Assembly: GCA_038087875.1 (NCBI GenBank)
Contig: JAXLNO010000033.1
Coordinates: forward strand, 124,001 to 188,000
DNA length: 64,000 bases
Origin: Malacoraja senta
Lineage: Eukaryota
Direction: 5' to 3'
The notes beneath the pieces were generated by a model. The model did no database searches, was not told the DNA's origin, and saw only the letters and a program-made list of their open reading frames with translations. The stretch's first letter is position 1. Each line of letters opens with the position of its first letter. Position numbers and translations under genes: made by a program. This document shows positions 35,095-46,922 of the stretch, piece by piece.

Positions 35095-35720
35095 CTCACA
35101 CACTCCGTGTACATGGAACACAGACTCTTCCAGCCCGCAGAAGTGGCAGGCGGCTGGTGAATCTGTGAACCGGCTCAGGAATTGGTTACATGGGACTCCT
35201 CAGTGTAGTACCCTCTATATCAGGTCCCCGATATAAAGGGAAGAATCCCTCGATAGACAGGCCCCCACTGGGGTCCCTCTCGCAACTGGATGGTAAAACG
35301 GACTGCCACTTCGGATTGGGGCAGTGGACAAGTGTGTAGAGTGTGTAGGAGTCTGTACAGGGGGCGCCTCCCTGCGTCTCGGAAGGGTATGAAAGTTGCT
35401 GAGGAAAGACGGCTCAGATTGTGTGGGACTGACTCCGAGGTCTGGGTCCAACGAGTACTTCCGGCTGAGCGGGCGTTTAGCTGAGTCTGAAATACACCAT
35501 CTGATGGCCGCCAGTAGAGTTCTGATGAGTTAGCGCCTGACTGATGGCCTGAGATACACAATTAACAAACACACGGGACGTTGATCCCCTTTTTATCCTG
35601 GCACGGTGCTCCATGCAGCTACCTTGGATCCAGAACTGGACTCCCTGCACCCCCAATGTCATCTGTGCCCTGAACACCCCCAGCGCCAGGCTCTTTCTCA
35701 GACTCACCAAGTATTAGCAT
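35095..35720 (-). mobile_element. Tx1-clade LINE C-terminal fragment
   Basis: Manual translation across frameshifts: GPQW..VYRGILPLYIGDL..RVLH..VPCNQFLSRFTDSPAACHFCGLEESVFH...EC. Confidence 0.75.
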
Positions 35721-36982
35721 CTGTCCCTGGACTTCTCCACAACATCAGGCTCTGTCCCTGATGCCCAGGATATTTCTGCGTTAGCAACTTTCTTTATACT
35801 GTGACATTAATTCCTCTATCTACTTTACTGCAGCATAAACCTTGGCTGGTCAGGAGCCAAGGAACTGCGCAGATGACCTAAAGGGTATTTGTTAGTTGCT
35901 CCACACTTGGAAATGTATCATGTGGCTTTTAGGTGAAGTCTCTTAGGGTCAGCTGGATATTTGCAGAGAGGCAACCCAGTGAATCCAGATAATCTCTCAA
36001 GGGCTATTGCCAGTGAGTGAAATATGCATATCAATATGCACGATCATCATTGTTGAAACGGTTATTTTGTTTAACAATAAATAAACAAAATCCACTAATA
36101 ACAAGTTTATAGCATAAGTTTAGTTTAATTGACAAGTATACTTGATTTTCTGCACTGTTCCAACGTGTTATAGTAAAAAGAAGGATCTTATGAAACACAT
36201 CAATATGCATTTGGCAGGATCTTTGACAAAATCAAAGGTATCAATCAAAACAGCCATTGAAAATTTAAACCCTAATTCAGAGTTTGTGCACTTCTAATGA
36301 TACAATTTGGGCTAAAAGTTTTGCCTGAAGCCATTAAGAGCAATTTATTGTCTTCTCAGACTGAGAATATGTGTGGGGACATCTAGATGTGCCCATTGTA
36401 AGCATTACCATCTCTAATGTAAAAGAATCAAGGGCAAGAATCACTGGTTTCTGAAATTGCAATGCATGAGAAACTTCAACATAAATTTCTGTTTAAAGCA
36501 TTTAAAAAGGGAAAATTGGTCTGGTCTTTCAGGGGATAATTATATTTTCCTTAAAAGGAAATAGCGGAAAGCCATATTGATGTTTCGTGCTCATTATAAG
36601 GAAGTAAGTTTTGAGGGAGTGAAATTGAACAGTGACAATGCCTCTCAGCCCATTAATATTGCTTGCTGGATTCTTGTTCAGTTTCAAAGAATGAAACAGG
36701 CATAATATGTTGGCAAAGTCAGCGTGCTACAGTGAAGAGACACCGTGCCAATAAATAGAACCAGATGAGAGCACCTAATTTTGTATTGGACAATAACGTT
36801 TCTCCAGGGCTCAGGATAAAGAGAAAATGGCAATTTAAGAAATGTGTAAATTGAACTGTATGAAGAGACAGCGGACATAAGGTAGCAAAAAATACACTAT
36901 CGAATGGAATTTTAATATTTTTTTTAGCAGTCAGGAAAGAGTAGGTCAGAGTAGTAATTTGACTGCCCTCTCTTGGAGATGG

Positions 36983-37034
36983 ATAGGTAGGTAGGTAGGC
37001 AGGTAGGTAGGTAGGTAGGTAGGTAGGTAGGTAG
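36983..37034. repeat. (TAGG)n microsatellite followed by a GA-rich tract
   Basis: Direct reading of the sequence. Confidence 0.95.
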
Positions 37035-38379
37035 GGAGAGAGCGAGAGATAGAAAGGAAGGGAGAGATAGAAAGAGAAAGAAAGAAAGAAAATATTTTGG
37101 TGCCATTTCCGTCCCCCCAGCACAAGTCCCTATTGTTCTCGGGGGGCCCCACTCTGGGTCCCCTTCCTCCTTCGTGACCTTGGTGCCGAGGTATTCCTAC
37201 CTCAATGTTCCATGTCCCTCCTCATTCTTGGTCAATGCCGGTGGCTTGGGCCCGGGTTCGGAGTCCGTGGTGCACGGGCCTACCAGTCCCACCTGTAGGT
37301 CTTCCGTCGATGGCCTTCGGCAAGCGATTCTCCGTCCGCGGCAGATGGCCGTCTGTCGGCAGACCAGGGCGAGCGATCTGCGAGGGGCAGTCCCCCGTCA
37401 CCGCTCCACCTCGGCTGCCCTGAAGGCCGCAGCGTCCTGTGGGGAGTGTGGTCGTGGTCTTGTTATTAAGAGACTAGCATGAGGCAGACCAACCCCTTTC
37501 CATGATGAAGATGGGGAAGATTAAATAGTAAAAGTCTTCAAGCACTCCACGATCTGTGGACAAAGTTAATTGAAAACCCAATCGTGGCCTGCATTGGATG
37601 TTGCACATGGTATTATATCAGGGTACCAGTGTATACATGTGTGGAAAAGTAACGCTACCAGAATGCAGAAATCCACGTCAAATTTGCACTGAAGAGCAGG
37701 TTTTCTGACAAATTTCATGAGTTGGCAAGTCACTAGATGGACCCAAAATGATGGAGTAACTCAGCGGGACAGGCAGCCACAAGCAACTGACATATTCTCC
37801 ACAGTGGAACAATCAAAGTAATGAATCACGTGGAAGGTGTTACAACAAGCTGCTAATTTACAGGGCTTGAAGTTGAGGGTGGTCTGGGGCGTTTGAGAGC
37901 TGGAGTAACTTTGTCCACAATTACTTAATAATATAGTACACTGTAACTTTTTGTACAATATGATCTCCTCTGTATGGTATATATGTAACCAAATGCAACC
38001 CAGATTACTTTTGTGTGTTTGGGTAAATATATTAATTGAATGTGAACTTCAAAAATGATCTAAAAGAATCAGGAAGATGCATGTCAGTTTCACTCAAAAT
38101 AAAATGTTTTAATATTTAAGAAATGCAAAGCAAACCTAGCCGTTTCTTTATCATCTTGTAGGGGCAGATGAACTTGGGATTAAGGGAAATCTTAAACTTA
38201 TCCCCGTGTGTGGACAACAGCTCAGATTAAAAATGAAAGAGCAAAGAATTGATATATCCAGGTCAAGGTTCATATCCTTACTAAAAGAGATGGATTCTCA
38301 AACTTTCACATGGCACAATTGGAGTTAAATGTTAATCCTGCACATTAACTAAACAAACAAATGTTGCTGAATCTTGTAA

Positions 38380-38835
38380 TCATAAGTGATAGGAGTACAA
38401 TTAGGCCATTTGGCCCATTAAGTCTACTCCGCCATTCAATCATGGCTGATCTATCTCTCCCTCCTAACCCCATTCTCCTGCCTTCTCACCATAACCTCTG
38501 ACACCCGTACAATCAAGAATCTATCTATCTCTGCCTTAAAAAAAATCCACTGATTTGGCCTCCACAGCCTTCTGTGGCAAAGAATTCCACAGATTCACCA
38601 CCCTCTGACAAAATAAATTTCTCCTCATCTTCCTAAAGGAAAGTCCTTTAATTCTGAGGCTATGGCCTCTAGTCTTAGTCTCTCCCACTAGTGGAAACAA
38701 AATCTCTACATCCACTCTATCCAAGCCTTTAGTCAGTATGTTTCAAAGAGGCCCCCCCCCTCAGTCTTCCAAACTCCAGTAAGTACAGGCCCAGTGTCGA
38801 TAAACGCTCATCATAGGTTAACCTACTCATTCCTG
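38380..38835 (-). mobile_element. CR1 3' fragment
   Basis: TRGHSLRIKG..FRK.MRRN.F.QRVVNLWNSLPQKAVEA plus CR1 3'UTR. Confidence 0.85.
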
Positions 38836-38940
38836 ATAATCTAAAATCATGCCGTCAGCTATGCATGCAAGAATGCAACCCACTTAATGCACTCTCTGCC
38901 CACATAAGTAATAAGTATAGAACCTATTCCCCTTTTAAGG

Positions 38941-39110
38941 ATAGACACAAAAAGTTGGAGTAACTCAGCGGGTCAGGCAGCATCTCTGGTGTCGACCCAA
39001 ATAGTTACCTATTCCTTTTCTCTAGAGATGCTGCTTGACCCGCTGAGTTACTCCAGCTTTTTGTGCCTATCTTCGGTTTAAACCAACACCTACAGTTCCT
39101 TCCTACACGA
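38941..39110. mobile_element. Palindromic PLE-terminus-derived short element
   Basis: Inverted arms of ~49 bp at 38941-38989 and 39022-39070. Confidence 0.8.
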
Positions 39111-39377
39111 CCCCCTTTAAGGAATTGTGTTCTTGACATGCACAGACAAGCTGGCCTCTCCACACCTTGCAAATAGAGGCTGTGCAATTCTTTGAGAACG
39201 CTCCCAAGGTCAGTAGTAAGCCCCTAGGCAAAGGCAGTCTAGAACATGAAAGTGCTTACTCCAGCTCTACATATCATTATCTTGTCACATCATAAACCAC
39301 TGTTTGACGCATTATATAAATGTAATATTGGTATTATTCAACATTATTCCCAAAGAAACACCACTGCCTGCAGAGGA

Positions 39378-39467
39378 TAGACACAAAATGCTGGAGTAAC
39401 TTCGCGGGTCAGGCAGCATCTCTGGTGAGGAGGAATGGGTGACGTTTCGGGTCGAGACCCTTCTTCA
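39378..39467 (-). mobile_element. PLE terminal fragment with hammerhead core lacking C3
   Basis: Reverse complement of 39441-39467 is TGAAGAAGGGTCTCGACCCGAAACGTC. Confidence 0.75.
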
Positions 39468-39774
39468 TCTCTGTTTGCTTTGTTGTTACCTTGTCCTAAC
39501 TAACAATGATCTATTCTACATTATCCTTGATCTTCATTCCCTTTGTCCTGTTTCCACACCTTACACTTCATTATCTATACACTCCTTATCTATGTACCTC
39601 CCTCTCCCCGATATAAAAACTTTAAAAAAAGAAAAGAAAAGAATAGAAACCCTGGATTACTGGCAGAGGAATTGTTGCCAAAATGGCAATCTTTGTTTTC
39701 AACTTTATTGAGGAGTCCACTAAACTAGTTCAATAGCTTTCCAGGAGAATAAGTGTACACCACTGTATTAATTT

Positions 39775-40075
39775 TTAGTTTAGAGGTACAGCACTGAAAC
39801 AGGCTCTTCGGCCCACTTAGTCTATGCCAATTGCCGATCACCCATTCATACTAAATCTATGTGTTATCCCACTTTCTCATCCACCCCCTACACACGAGGA
39901 GCAACTTACTGCAGCCAATTAACCTACAAACCGGCATATCCTTGAGATGTTGGATGAAACCAGAACACGCACGTGGTCACAGGGAGAACATGCTAACTCC
40001 ACACAGGCAGCAGAGATTAGGATCGAACCCGGGTCTGTGGACGCTGTGAGGCACTGGCTCTACCAGCTAGCCACT
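39775..40075 (-). mobile_element. tRNA-derived V-SINE (HE1-like)
   Basis: B box GGTTCGATCC, central V-domain (TGTGTGGAGTT..CATGTTCTCCC), CR1-like tail with CTAAA repeats. Confidence 0.8.
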
Positions 40076-40504
40076 AATCCTGCCCCCTTCTATATGATAT
40101 GATTTTATGTCTCCAGATAATGTTCATGATCCTGGATAGCCAATTACATAATGATCCTGGTGAGTCTCTTAGAACATAGAATGGTACGGCGAAGGAACAA
40201 GCCTTTTGACCGACAATGCCTGTGCCCAACATGCTGCTACGATAAACTAATCTGCTCTGCCTGCACATGATACCTATCCCTCCATTCCCTGCATAACCAC
40301 GTGCCTATCTAAAAGCCTCTTCAACGCCACTATCATATCTGCCTCCACCACCACCCTTGGCAGTGAAATCCAGGCACCCACCGCTCTGTGTAAAAAGCTT
40401 GCCCCACTCATCTATAAAATGTGCCCATTTCACCTTAAAGCTGTGCCCACTAGTCTTTGACATTTCCACCTGAAGTAAAGGGTTCTGACTATCAATCCTA
40501 TCTA

Positions 40505-41385
40505 CAATACAATACAATTTTTATTTGTCTTTTGGACAAATTTGTCATTTGGACCCCTTGAGGTCCAAACGAAATGTCGTTTCTGCAGCCATACATTACA
40601 AAACGAAAAAGACCCGAGACACAACACAATTTACACATACATCCATCACAGCGCTGTGATGGAAGGCAAAAAAACGTATCTCTCCACTGCACTCCCCCCC
40701 CCCCCCCATGTCAGAGTCAAAGTCAAAGCCCCCGGCGGGCGATGGGGATTGTCCCGCGGCAATTAAAGCCACGCCGGTTAATGCAAGGGTCGCGCACCGG
40801 GTCTTGGTGTTAGAGCCCCGGCGCGCGCTCGCAAAGTCCGGCGGCCATTCCAAGCCGCGCGGGTCGACGATGTAAAGCCCCGCTCCAGGTGCTCTTCAAC
40901 CCCGCAACTCGGGCGGGAGAAGTCGCCGCTGCGGAAGCCCCGAAAAGCGGTCTCCCACCAGATGACCCGCGGGCTTCCGGTGTTGCCGTCCGCCAGACCC
41001 GCGGTTGTAGCCTCCGAATCTCCGGAGGTCGGGTAGCAGCAGCGATTGTTTCCACCACAGCTCCACCCGCTCCGGACTCGGCCAGCCTCGTGATGGTGAG
41101 TAGTCCGCAGCTCCACAACTGGAGCCCCAGGTCGTTCCTGCTGGAGGCCGCTCCACGTTGCCCAGCCCCAACGACAACGGAGACCCGACAAAGAAAAGGT
41201 CGGGTCTCCCGTGCAGGGGAAAGATTTTAAAGTTTCCCCACCCCCACCCCCACCCCCACCCCCACACCCCCCCCACACACATACCCCGACAAAAAAATAA
41301 TAAAAAACTACATAAAAACGAGACAAAAATAATAAAAAGACAGACGGACTGCAGAGGCCGCTGCAAACGAGAGTCGCGCGCCCAT
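40505..41385 (-). mobile_element. GC-rich non-autonomous retroelement inserted in a CR1 fragment (40170-40504)
   Basis: 5' GGCGCGCG...TGCAGTCCGTCTGTCTTT; 3' hairpin TTTGGACC-CCTTGA-GGTCCAAA (40548-40569); AATAAA and (ATTGT)n tail. Confidence 0.75.
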
Positions 41386-41439
41386 CTATTCATCTTACTA
41401 ATATACTCTGCAAGCTCTCTAATGCTACTTTACTGCTTT

Positions 41440-41742
41440 AGTTTCATTGAGTTTAGAGATACAGTGTGGAAACAGGCCCTTTGGCCCACCAAGTCCGCGC
41501 CAACCAGCGATCCCCGTGCACTAGATCCATCCTACACACTAGGGACAATTTACAAAAGCCAATGAATCTGCAAACCTGTACGTCTTTTGAATGTGAAAAG
41601 AAACCGGAGCACCCGGAGAAAACCAACAGTCACAATGAGAACATACAAACCTCCATATGGACAAGCACTCGTAGGCAGGATTGAACCCGGGTTTCTAATG
41701 CTGTAAGGCAGCACCTCCACCGCCACGCCACTGTATTGCCCA
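41440..41742 (-). mobile_element. V-SINE (HE1-like)
   Basis: A box TGGCGTGGCGG, B box GGTTCAATCC, V-domain GGTGCTCCGGTTTC, CR1-like tail. Confidence 0.85.
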
Positions 41743-41879
41743 CTTCGCATGGTTCTTGACAATGACCTGCTACATACATCAATTAATTTGCAGTTCCAGT
41801 TAACAAAATCGCCTGTGTGCAGGTGTGGCATATGTCACATTCTGTGCCAAATTTGTTCTCTTTAAAGATGGAGTAAATG

Positions 41880-42325
41880 ACTAACACTTTCATTCTCCTT
41901 CCCATTCCCACGCAGTCCTTTCTGTCCTAGGTCTCCTCCGTTTTCAGAGTGAGGCTAAACGCAAATTGGAGGAACAGCATCTCATATTTCGCTTGGGCTG
42001 CTTACAGCCAGTGGTATGAATTTTGATTTCTCTAATTTCAATTAACCCTGGCATTCCCTCTCTCACTATCCCTCCCCCACATAAGTCGCACTAGCCTCTT
42101 GTTTTCACCCAACAAACAGCCAACAATGGCCTGTTTCCTTTATCATCGTTACTTTTGTGCATAAGTTTAATTCATTGTTCTTTATCTCTCAACATTATCG
42201 TTTATATCATTCGTTTCCCTTAACCCTAACCAATCTGATGAAGGTCTCGACCTGAAACGTCACCCATTCCTTCTCTCCAGAGATGCTGCCTGCCCCACTG
42301 AGTTACTCCAGCTTTTTGTGTCTAC
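41880..42325 (+). mobile_element. PLE 3' end: end of GIY-YIG ORF, 3'UTR and terminus
   Basis: PSHSH..LSVLGLL..QSEAKRKLEEQHLIFRLG, then the hammerhead and the GAGATGCTGCC...GAGTTACTCCAGC terminus. Confidence 0.85.
42235..42262 (+). ncRNA. Minimal type-I hammerhead ribozyme core (PLE type)
   Basis: CTGATGA-AGGT-CTCG-ACCT-GAAA-CGTC: full catalytic boxes, 4-bp stem II, palindromic ACGT in place of stem III. Stem I is very short and activity is untested. Confidence 0.7.
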
Positions 42326-42360
42326 ATGTAAATTACTTGTTGCTTTGGAAACTGCTCAAC

Positions 42361-42395
42361 CTGTAATCGCAGAATGTAGCCACTAGGGGGCTCTG
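42361..42395 (+). promoter_or_regulatory. Candidate CTCF site with upstream motif
   Basis: Core TAGCCACTAGGGGGCTCTG preceded 6 bp upstream by CTGTAATCGC, in apparently non-repetitive DNA. Confidence 0.55.
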
Positions 42396-42759
42396 CAATC
42401 TTCCATATTAACACTTGGCCAAACTTTCGAAAATCTGCCAGGGAATGGGTCTGGAAATGATCTGTTTCCAAAGCTGGGGAAGTCATGCACACTTCCAGCC
42501 CTCAGTCTGGTAATTCAGACTACTAATTCCAGGGCAAGTTCTCCAGCGATATGTACAACAGACCATTTACATGAATGGGAGAAATGAACTGTCTGCAGAA
42601 AGGTAAGAACAACTTTCCTTTTAGTTTAATTGAATATATGTTTCAAATTATTTGTTTGTGCGCATTCAGCCTTTATAATTACAGTAACACTCCAATAATT
42701 CAGAAACCTTAGAACTTTATTGGTGCTCGCCTAGCGGATTTTTCAGAGAATTCCCTATT

Positions 42760-43220
42760 ATCGCAGGGATGAGAGGGTTAACATACGATGCGCATTAGAC
42801 GGCACTGGGCCTGGACTCGCTGGAGTGTAGAAATATGAGGGGGTGGGGGACCTTATTGAAATTTACAGAATAGAGTGGATGTGGAGAGGATGTTTCCACT
42901 ACTGGGAGAGTTGAGGACCAGAGGCCATAGCCTCAGAATAAAAGGACTTACCTTTAGGAAGGAGATGAGGAGGAATTTCTTTAGTCAGAGGGTGGTGAAT
43001 CTGTGGAATTCATCGCCACAGAAGGCTGTGGAGGCCATCAATTGATATTTTTAAGGCAGACATTGATAGATTCTTGATTCGTGCGGGTGTCAGGGGTTAT
43101 GGAGCGAAGGGCAGGAGAATGGGGTTGTGAGGGGAAGATAGATCAGCCATGATTGAATGGTGGAGTAGGCTTAATGGGCCGAATGACCTAATTCTGCTCC
43201 TCTAACATGAACTTAAGAAC
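42760..43220 (+). mobile_element. CR1 3' fragment
   Basis: ALGLDSLE, RTRGHSLRIKG, FFSQRVVNLWNS plus 3'UTR. Confidence 0.85.
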
Positions 43221-43304
43221 ACCAAATGCAGTTTTTTTTAAATATGTTTGAGATATGATTGTGTCTGAGATCCTGGCTCCTGTCCTAAATCAAAATCAGT
43301 GATG

Positions 43305-44370
43305 ACACAAGAAATTACAGCTGCTGGAATCTAGAGCAAAACACAAACTGCTGGAGAAAGCCTACAGGTTAGGCAGCATCTATGGAACAAATTGACAGAT
43401 GACGTTTCGAGTCAAGGCCCTTCTTCAGACGGATAGGAGAGAAAGCTAGAAAAGAGATGTGGGGAAGGGAAAAAGTCAGGCAAGTGATTGGTGGATGTAA
43501 TAGGTCATGTAATAGGAGCAGAATTAGGCCATTCTGCCCATCAAGTCTATTCCACTATTCAATCATGGCTGATCTATCTCTCCCTCCTAACCACATTCTC
43601 CTACTTTCTCCCTACGGCCCCTGACACCTGTACAGGTCTTCTTATCGAGTCCACATCACATGATTAGATATTGTTCAGCCGGAGCTGAGCAAACTTCACG
43701 GCATCTTCATTGTAGGCTTCGAGATCAGCAGCTATATAATTGGTTTTCCAGTTGTGGGCATTTCAGCAGGTGTTCCATTGTTTGTGATTCAATACCACAT
43801 TCGCAGGTGACATCGTTGGAGTTGTGCCTGTACGGGTGAGGTGGGTAGAGTGGGTGGAGTTAGTAACAAAAGCCAGAGGTGAAAAGGGGACAAAAGAATA
43901 AGGAGAAAAGAAGAGGAGTGCAACGCAAAGCCGAAGGGAAGGATGTCGATGGATGGGGGCAGGGGAAAGGAGAAAGAGAGAGGATAAAGGGGAAATAGGG
44001 GACGTGGATGGGAGATGAACGTATAAAGGAATGGAAAGGAGCGGCGTTATGGGGATGGGAGGTGGTGGGAGAAATGGCTGTGCAAAGGGGGGGCACAGGA
44101 AAAAGAAGGGTTTGGGGAAGCATTACTTGAAATTGGAGAGTTCAGTGTTCATATCATTTGTTTGTTAACGACCCAAGCGGAATACGAGGTGCTGTTCCTC
44201 CGAATTGCGTGTGGCCTCCCTCTGGCAATGGAGGAGGCACAAGACATAAAGTTTGGTCTGGAAATGGGAAGGGGAGTTAAAATGGTTGGCAACCGGATGA
44301 TCCAGCAGGCCTTGGCAGACAGACACAAGTGTTCGGCAAAACAGTTACTTAGCCTTCTTTGGTATAACTG
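43305..44370 (-). mobile_element. PLE 3' end with hammerhead core (43401-43428), interrupted by CR1 and Vingi tails
   Basis: RRLSNCFAEHL...PVANHFNSPSH...EEQHLVFRLG; reverse complement CTGAAGAAGGGCCTTGACTCGAAACGTC. Confidence 0.8.
43634..43826 (-). mobile_element. Vingi/Ingi-like 3' end (CCHC motif)
   Basis: TCECGIESQTMEHLLKCP, stop codon, short tail ending GACTCGATAAGAAGA; TSD CCTGTAC at 43627-43633 and 43827-43833. Confidence 0.7.
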
Positions 44371-44899
44371 ATGTAAAGGAGGATATGTGGCCCTCATCCA
44401 TTGCTCCCATTGCACTTCTGCCATCGGGAAGAAGGTATTAGAGTTTGAAAACCGTGACCTCAAGGTTCAAGAATAGCTTCCTCCTAACAACCATCAACCA
44501 CTTGAGATCTACAAACACCAAATAAACGATGAACTACAAAGTGTCTCAGGTGCACTAAGGACTTCAGGATCTTCGCAATAATATTGGGGGGTTTTCAATG
44601 TTTTGAATTATTTTTGTTTATTATGTTATCTTTGATTACTGTTTACTGGCCTGTTACGCTGCTGCAAGTAAGGATTTAATTGTTCCATTTTATGCACATA
44701 TGACTATTAAACACTTGTGACTCTTGATTCTTGAGAGTCAGGACCCCTCCACCTACATTCTCGACCCCCAGCTCATATCTAGCCAGATACCAGATCTGCA
44801 TTCTAAATAATTGGGTGTCACGTTATTGGGGTTTTATCATATTTAACTTTTTAATCAGTGTCAAATGATTTCCAATGTACATGAGTTTGAAAAAAGACA

Positions 44900-45162
44900 T
44901 GTGTAGGAAGGAACTGCAGACGCTGGTTTACACCGAAGGTAGACACAAAATGCTGAAGTAACTCATCGGGTCAGGCAGCATTCTGGAGAAAAGGAATAAC
45001 TAGATGACATTTCGGGTTTAGACCCTTCTTCGGACTGAGAGTCAGGGTAGATGCAAACTAGTCCTCTATTCTCCCTCTCCCCTGGCTCAGTCTGAAGAAG
45101 GGTATGGACCTAAAATGTCACCTATTCCTTTTCTCCAGAGATGCCACCTGACCCGTTGAGTT
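44900..45162. mobile_element. Inverted pair of PLE termini, each with a degenerate hammerhead
   Basis: Minus copy ~44900-45040 and plus copy ~45085-45162. Confidence 0.8.
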
Positions 45163-46106
45163 TAGTTTAGAGATACAGTGTGGAAACAGGCCCTTACAAA
45201 ACATACAAACTCTGTACAGTCAGCACCTGTAGTCAGGATCAAACCAGGGTCTCCGGCGCTGCAATCGCTGTAAAGCAGCAACTCTACCGCTGCGCCAACC
45301 AAATGTTACACCAACATTTTGTGTCTATTTTCTATGAAAAACGATGTAAAACGATGAAAAGTTCAAGCCGTCAAGCAGGGCGGGGTCTGTCTCCCTGCTG
45401 CCAGTTGGGAGTTAGCCTCCTTCGCAATCTGCTGCTGCAGGAATCACCAGGATCCCGTCCAAATGGACAGCACTCTCAACGCACAGTAGATCTCGACGAT
45501 AGCTGTCACATAGCACACTTTGGAACATGTGAAAGCCCCTTCAGAGACACTGGGGAGCTTTGTCAAACTTGGCGAGGTGTAATAAATGGTTGGGTGTTGG
45601 TGGGGTATTGGTGAAGGGTTTTATCGAAGATTGAGAGATTAAAAGGGTGGGGGGTAGCTGCTAGTAGCTTGTAGCAGTTGTAGAAGTGATAAGCTTATGG
45701 GATCTGGGGGCTGAGAGTACAGCTCCATCAACACTGAAGAAGCTTGATAGCATCCAAGGAATGACACAACTGTTGGCAGCATGGTGGCGCAGCAGTAGAG
45801 TTGCCACCTTACAACGCTCAAAGGTTACTCCTGTGGGTTGTTCTAAAGCGGAGATTGATAGGTTCTTGATTAGTAAGAGCATCAAAGGTTACGGGGAGAA
45901 GGTTGTGAGGGTAAAATAGATTGGCCATGATCGAATGGTGGAGCAGATTCAATGAACTGAATGGCTAATTCTGCACCTATGTCTTATGGTCTAAGGAAAT
46001 GACCGCGCTCTCTCTATGGACCAGTGATGTTGACAGGGCAACAGCAACGAGTGTCTTCTCTGTCACTGCAAATACAATTGTGTTATATGTGGACCACCCA
46101 ACATCA

Positions 46107-46922
46107 TTTTTTTTTTTTTTTTTTTTTTGATTCAATTTATTGTCATTGCACTTTTCAGTGCAACGAAATGGTTTAGCCTGCAGTCATAACATAGAATAAA
46201 TAACAAGAACACACACTCAACACAGTTTAACATCCACCACGGTGAGTCCACCAGGCACCTCCTCACTGTGATGGAAGGCAAAAAGTCCCAAAGTCCATGT
46301 CTCTTCCCTCCTTGCTCTCCCTCAGCGCTGAGGCGATCCAGGCCTCCGATGTTGTGACCCCGCCGGGTGATGGTAAGTAAGTCCCGCGGCTGAATCCGAA
46401 CGGGCCGGTTCAAACTCCGCGGCCCAGGGCGGTCGAAGCTGCCGAAGCTGCCGCCCTCCAGTCCAGCGGACGCAGCTGTTGTTGCGGGAGCTACGGAAAA
46501 ACAGGTCACCAACCTGTGACCTGCGACCTCCCGACAATGTCGACCACTGGCCCTCGCCGAGCCTCCGGGGCTCCGAAGTCGGGTCGGAAGTCGGGTCGCA
46601 ACGCCACCACAGGTCCGAAGTCGGCCAGCCCCGCGCTGGCAAGTCCCGGCTGGCTCTGCCTCCCGAGCCCCGAGGTCGGTCCCAGTTGGAGTCCGCCAGC
46701 TCCGCGATAGGCCTCAGCGCAGACGGAGACGGAGACGGGGGATAGGGCAAGAAAGGTCGCATCCCCTCCAGAAGGAAGAGCCATGCTTCTCCCACCCCCC
46801 CCCCACACATACACAACTAAAATAAACCGAAACAAACCGCAACAACGGGACAAAAGAAAACAAAAAAAGAAAAGACAAACGGACTGCAGGCGAGCCGCAG
46901 CTGCAAGGCAGCGCCGCCACTT
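46107..46922 (-). mobile_element. GC-rich non-autonomous retroelement with poly(A) tail
   Basis: 5' GTGGCGGCGCTG...TGCAGTCCGTTTGTCTTT; 3' hairpin TTGCACT-TTTC-AGTGCAA (46146-46163); T-run 46107-46128; possible TSD CATCA. Confidence 0.75.

Noticed and set aside
40778..41565. Overlapping ORFs here and at 10658-11382 and 46132-46937
   Set aside because: They lie in GC-rich non-coding retroelements and the translations are not conserved among the three copies.
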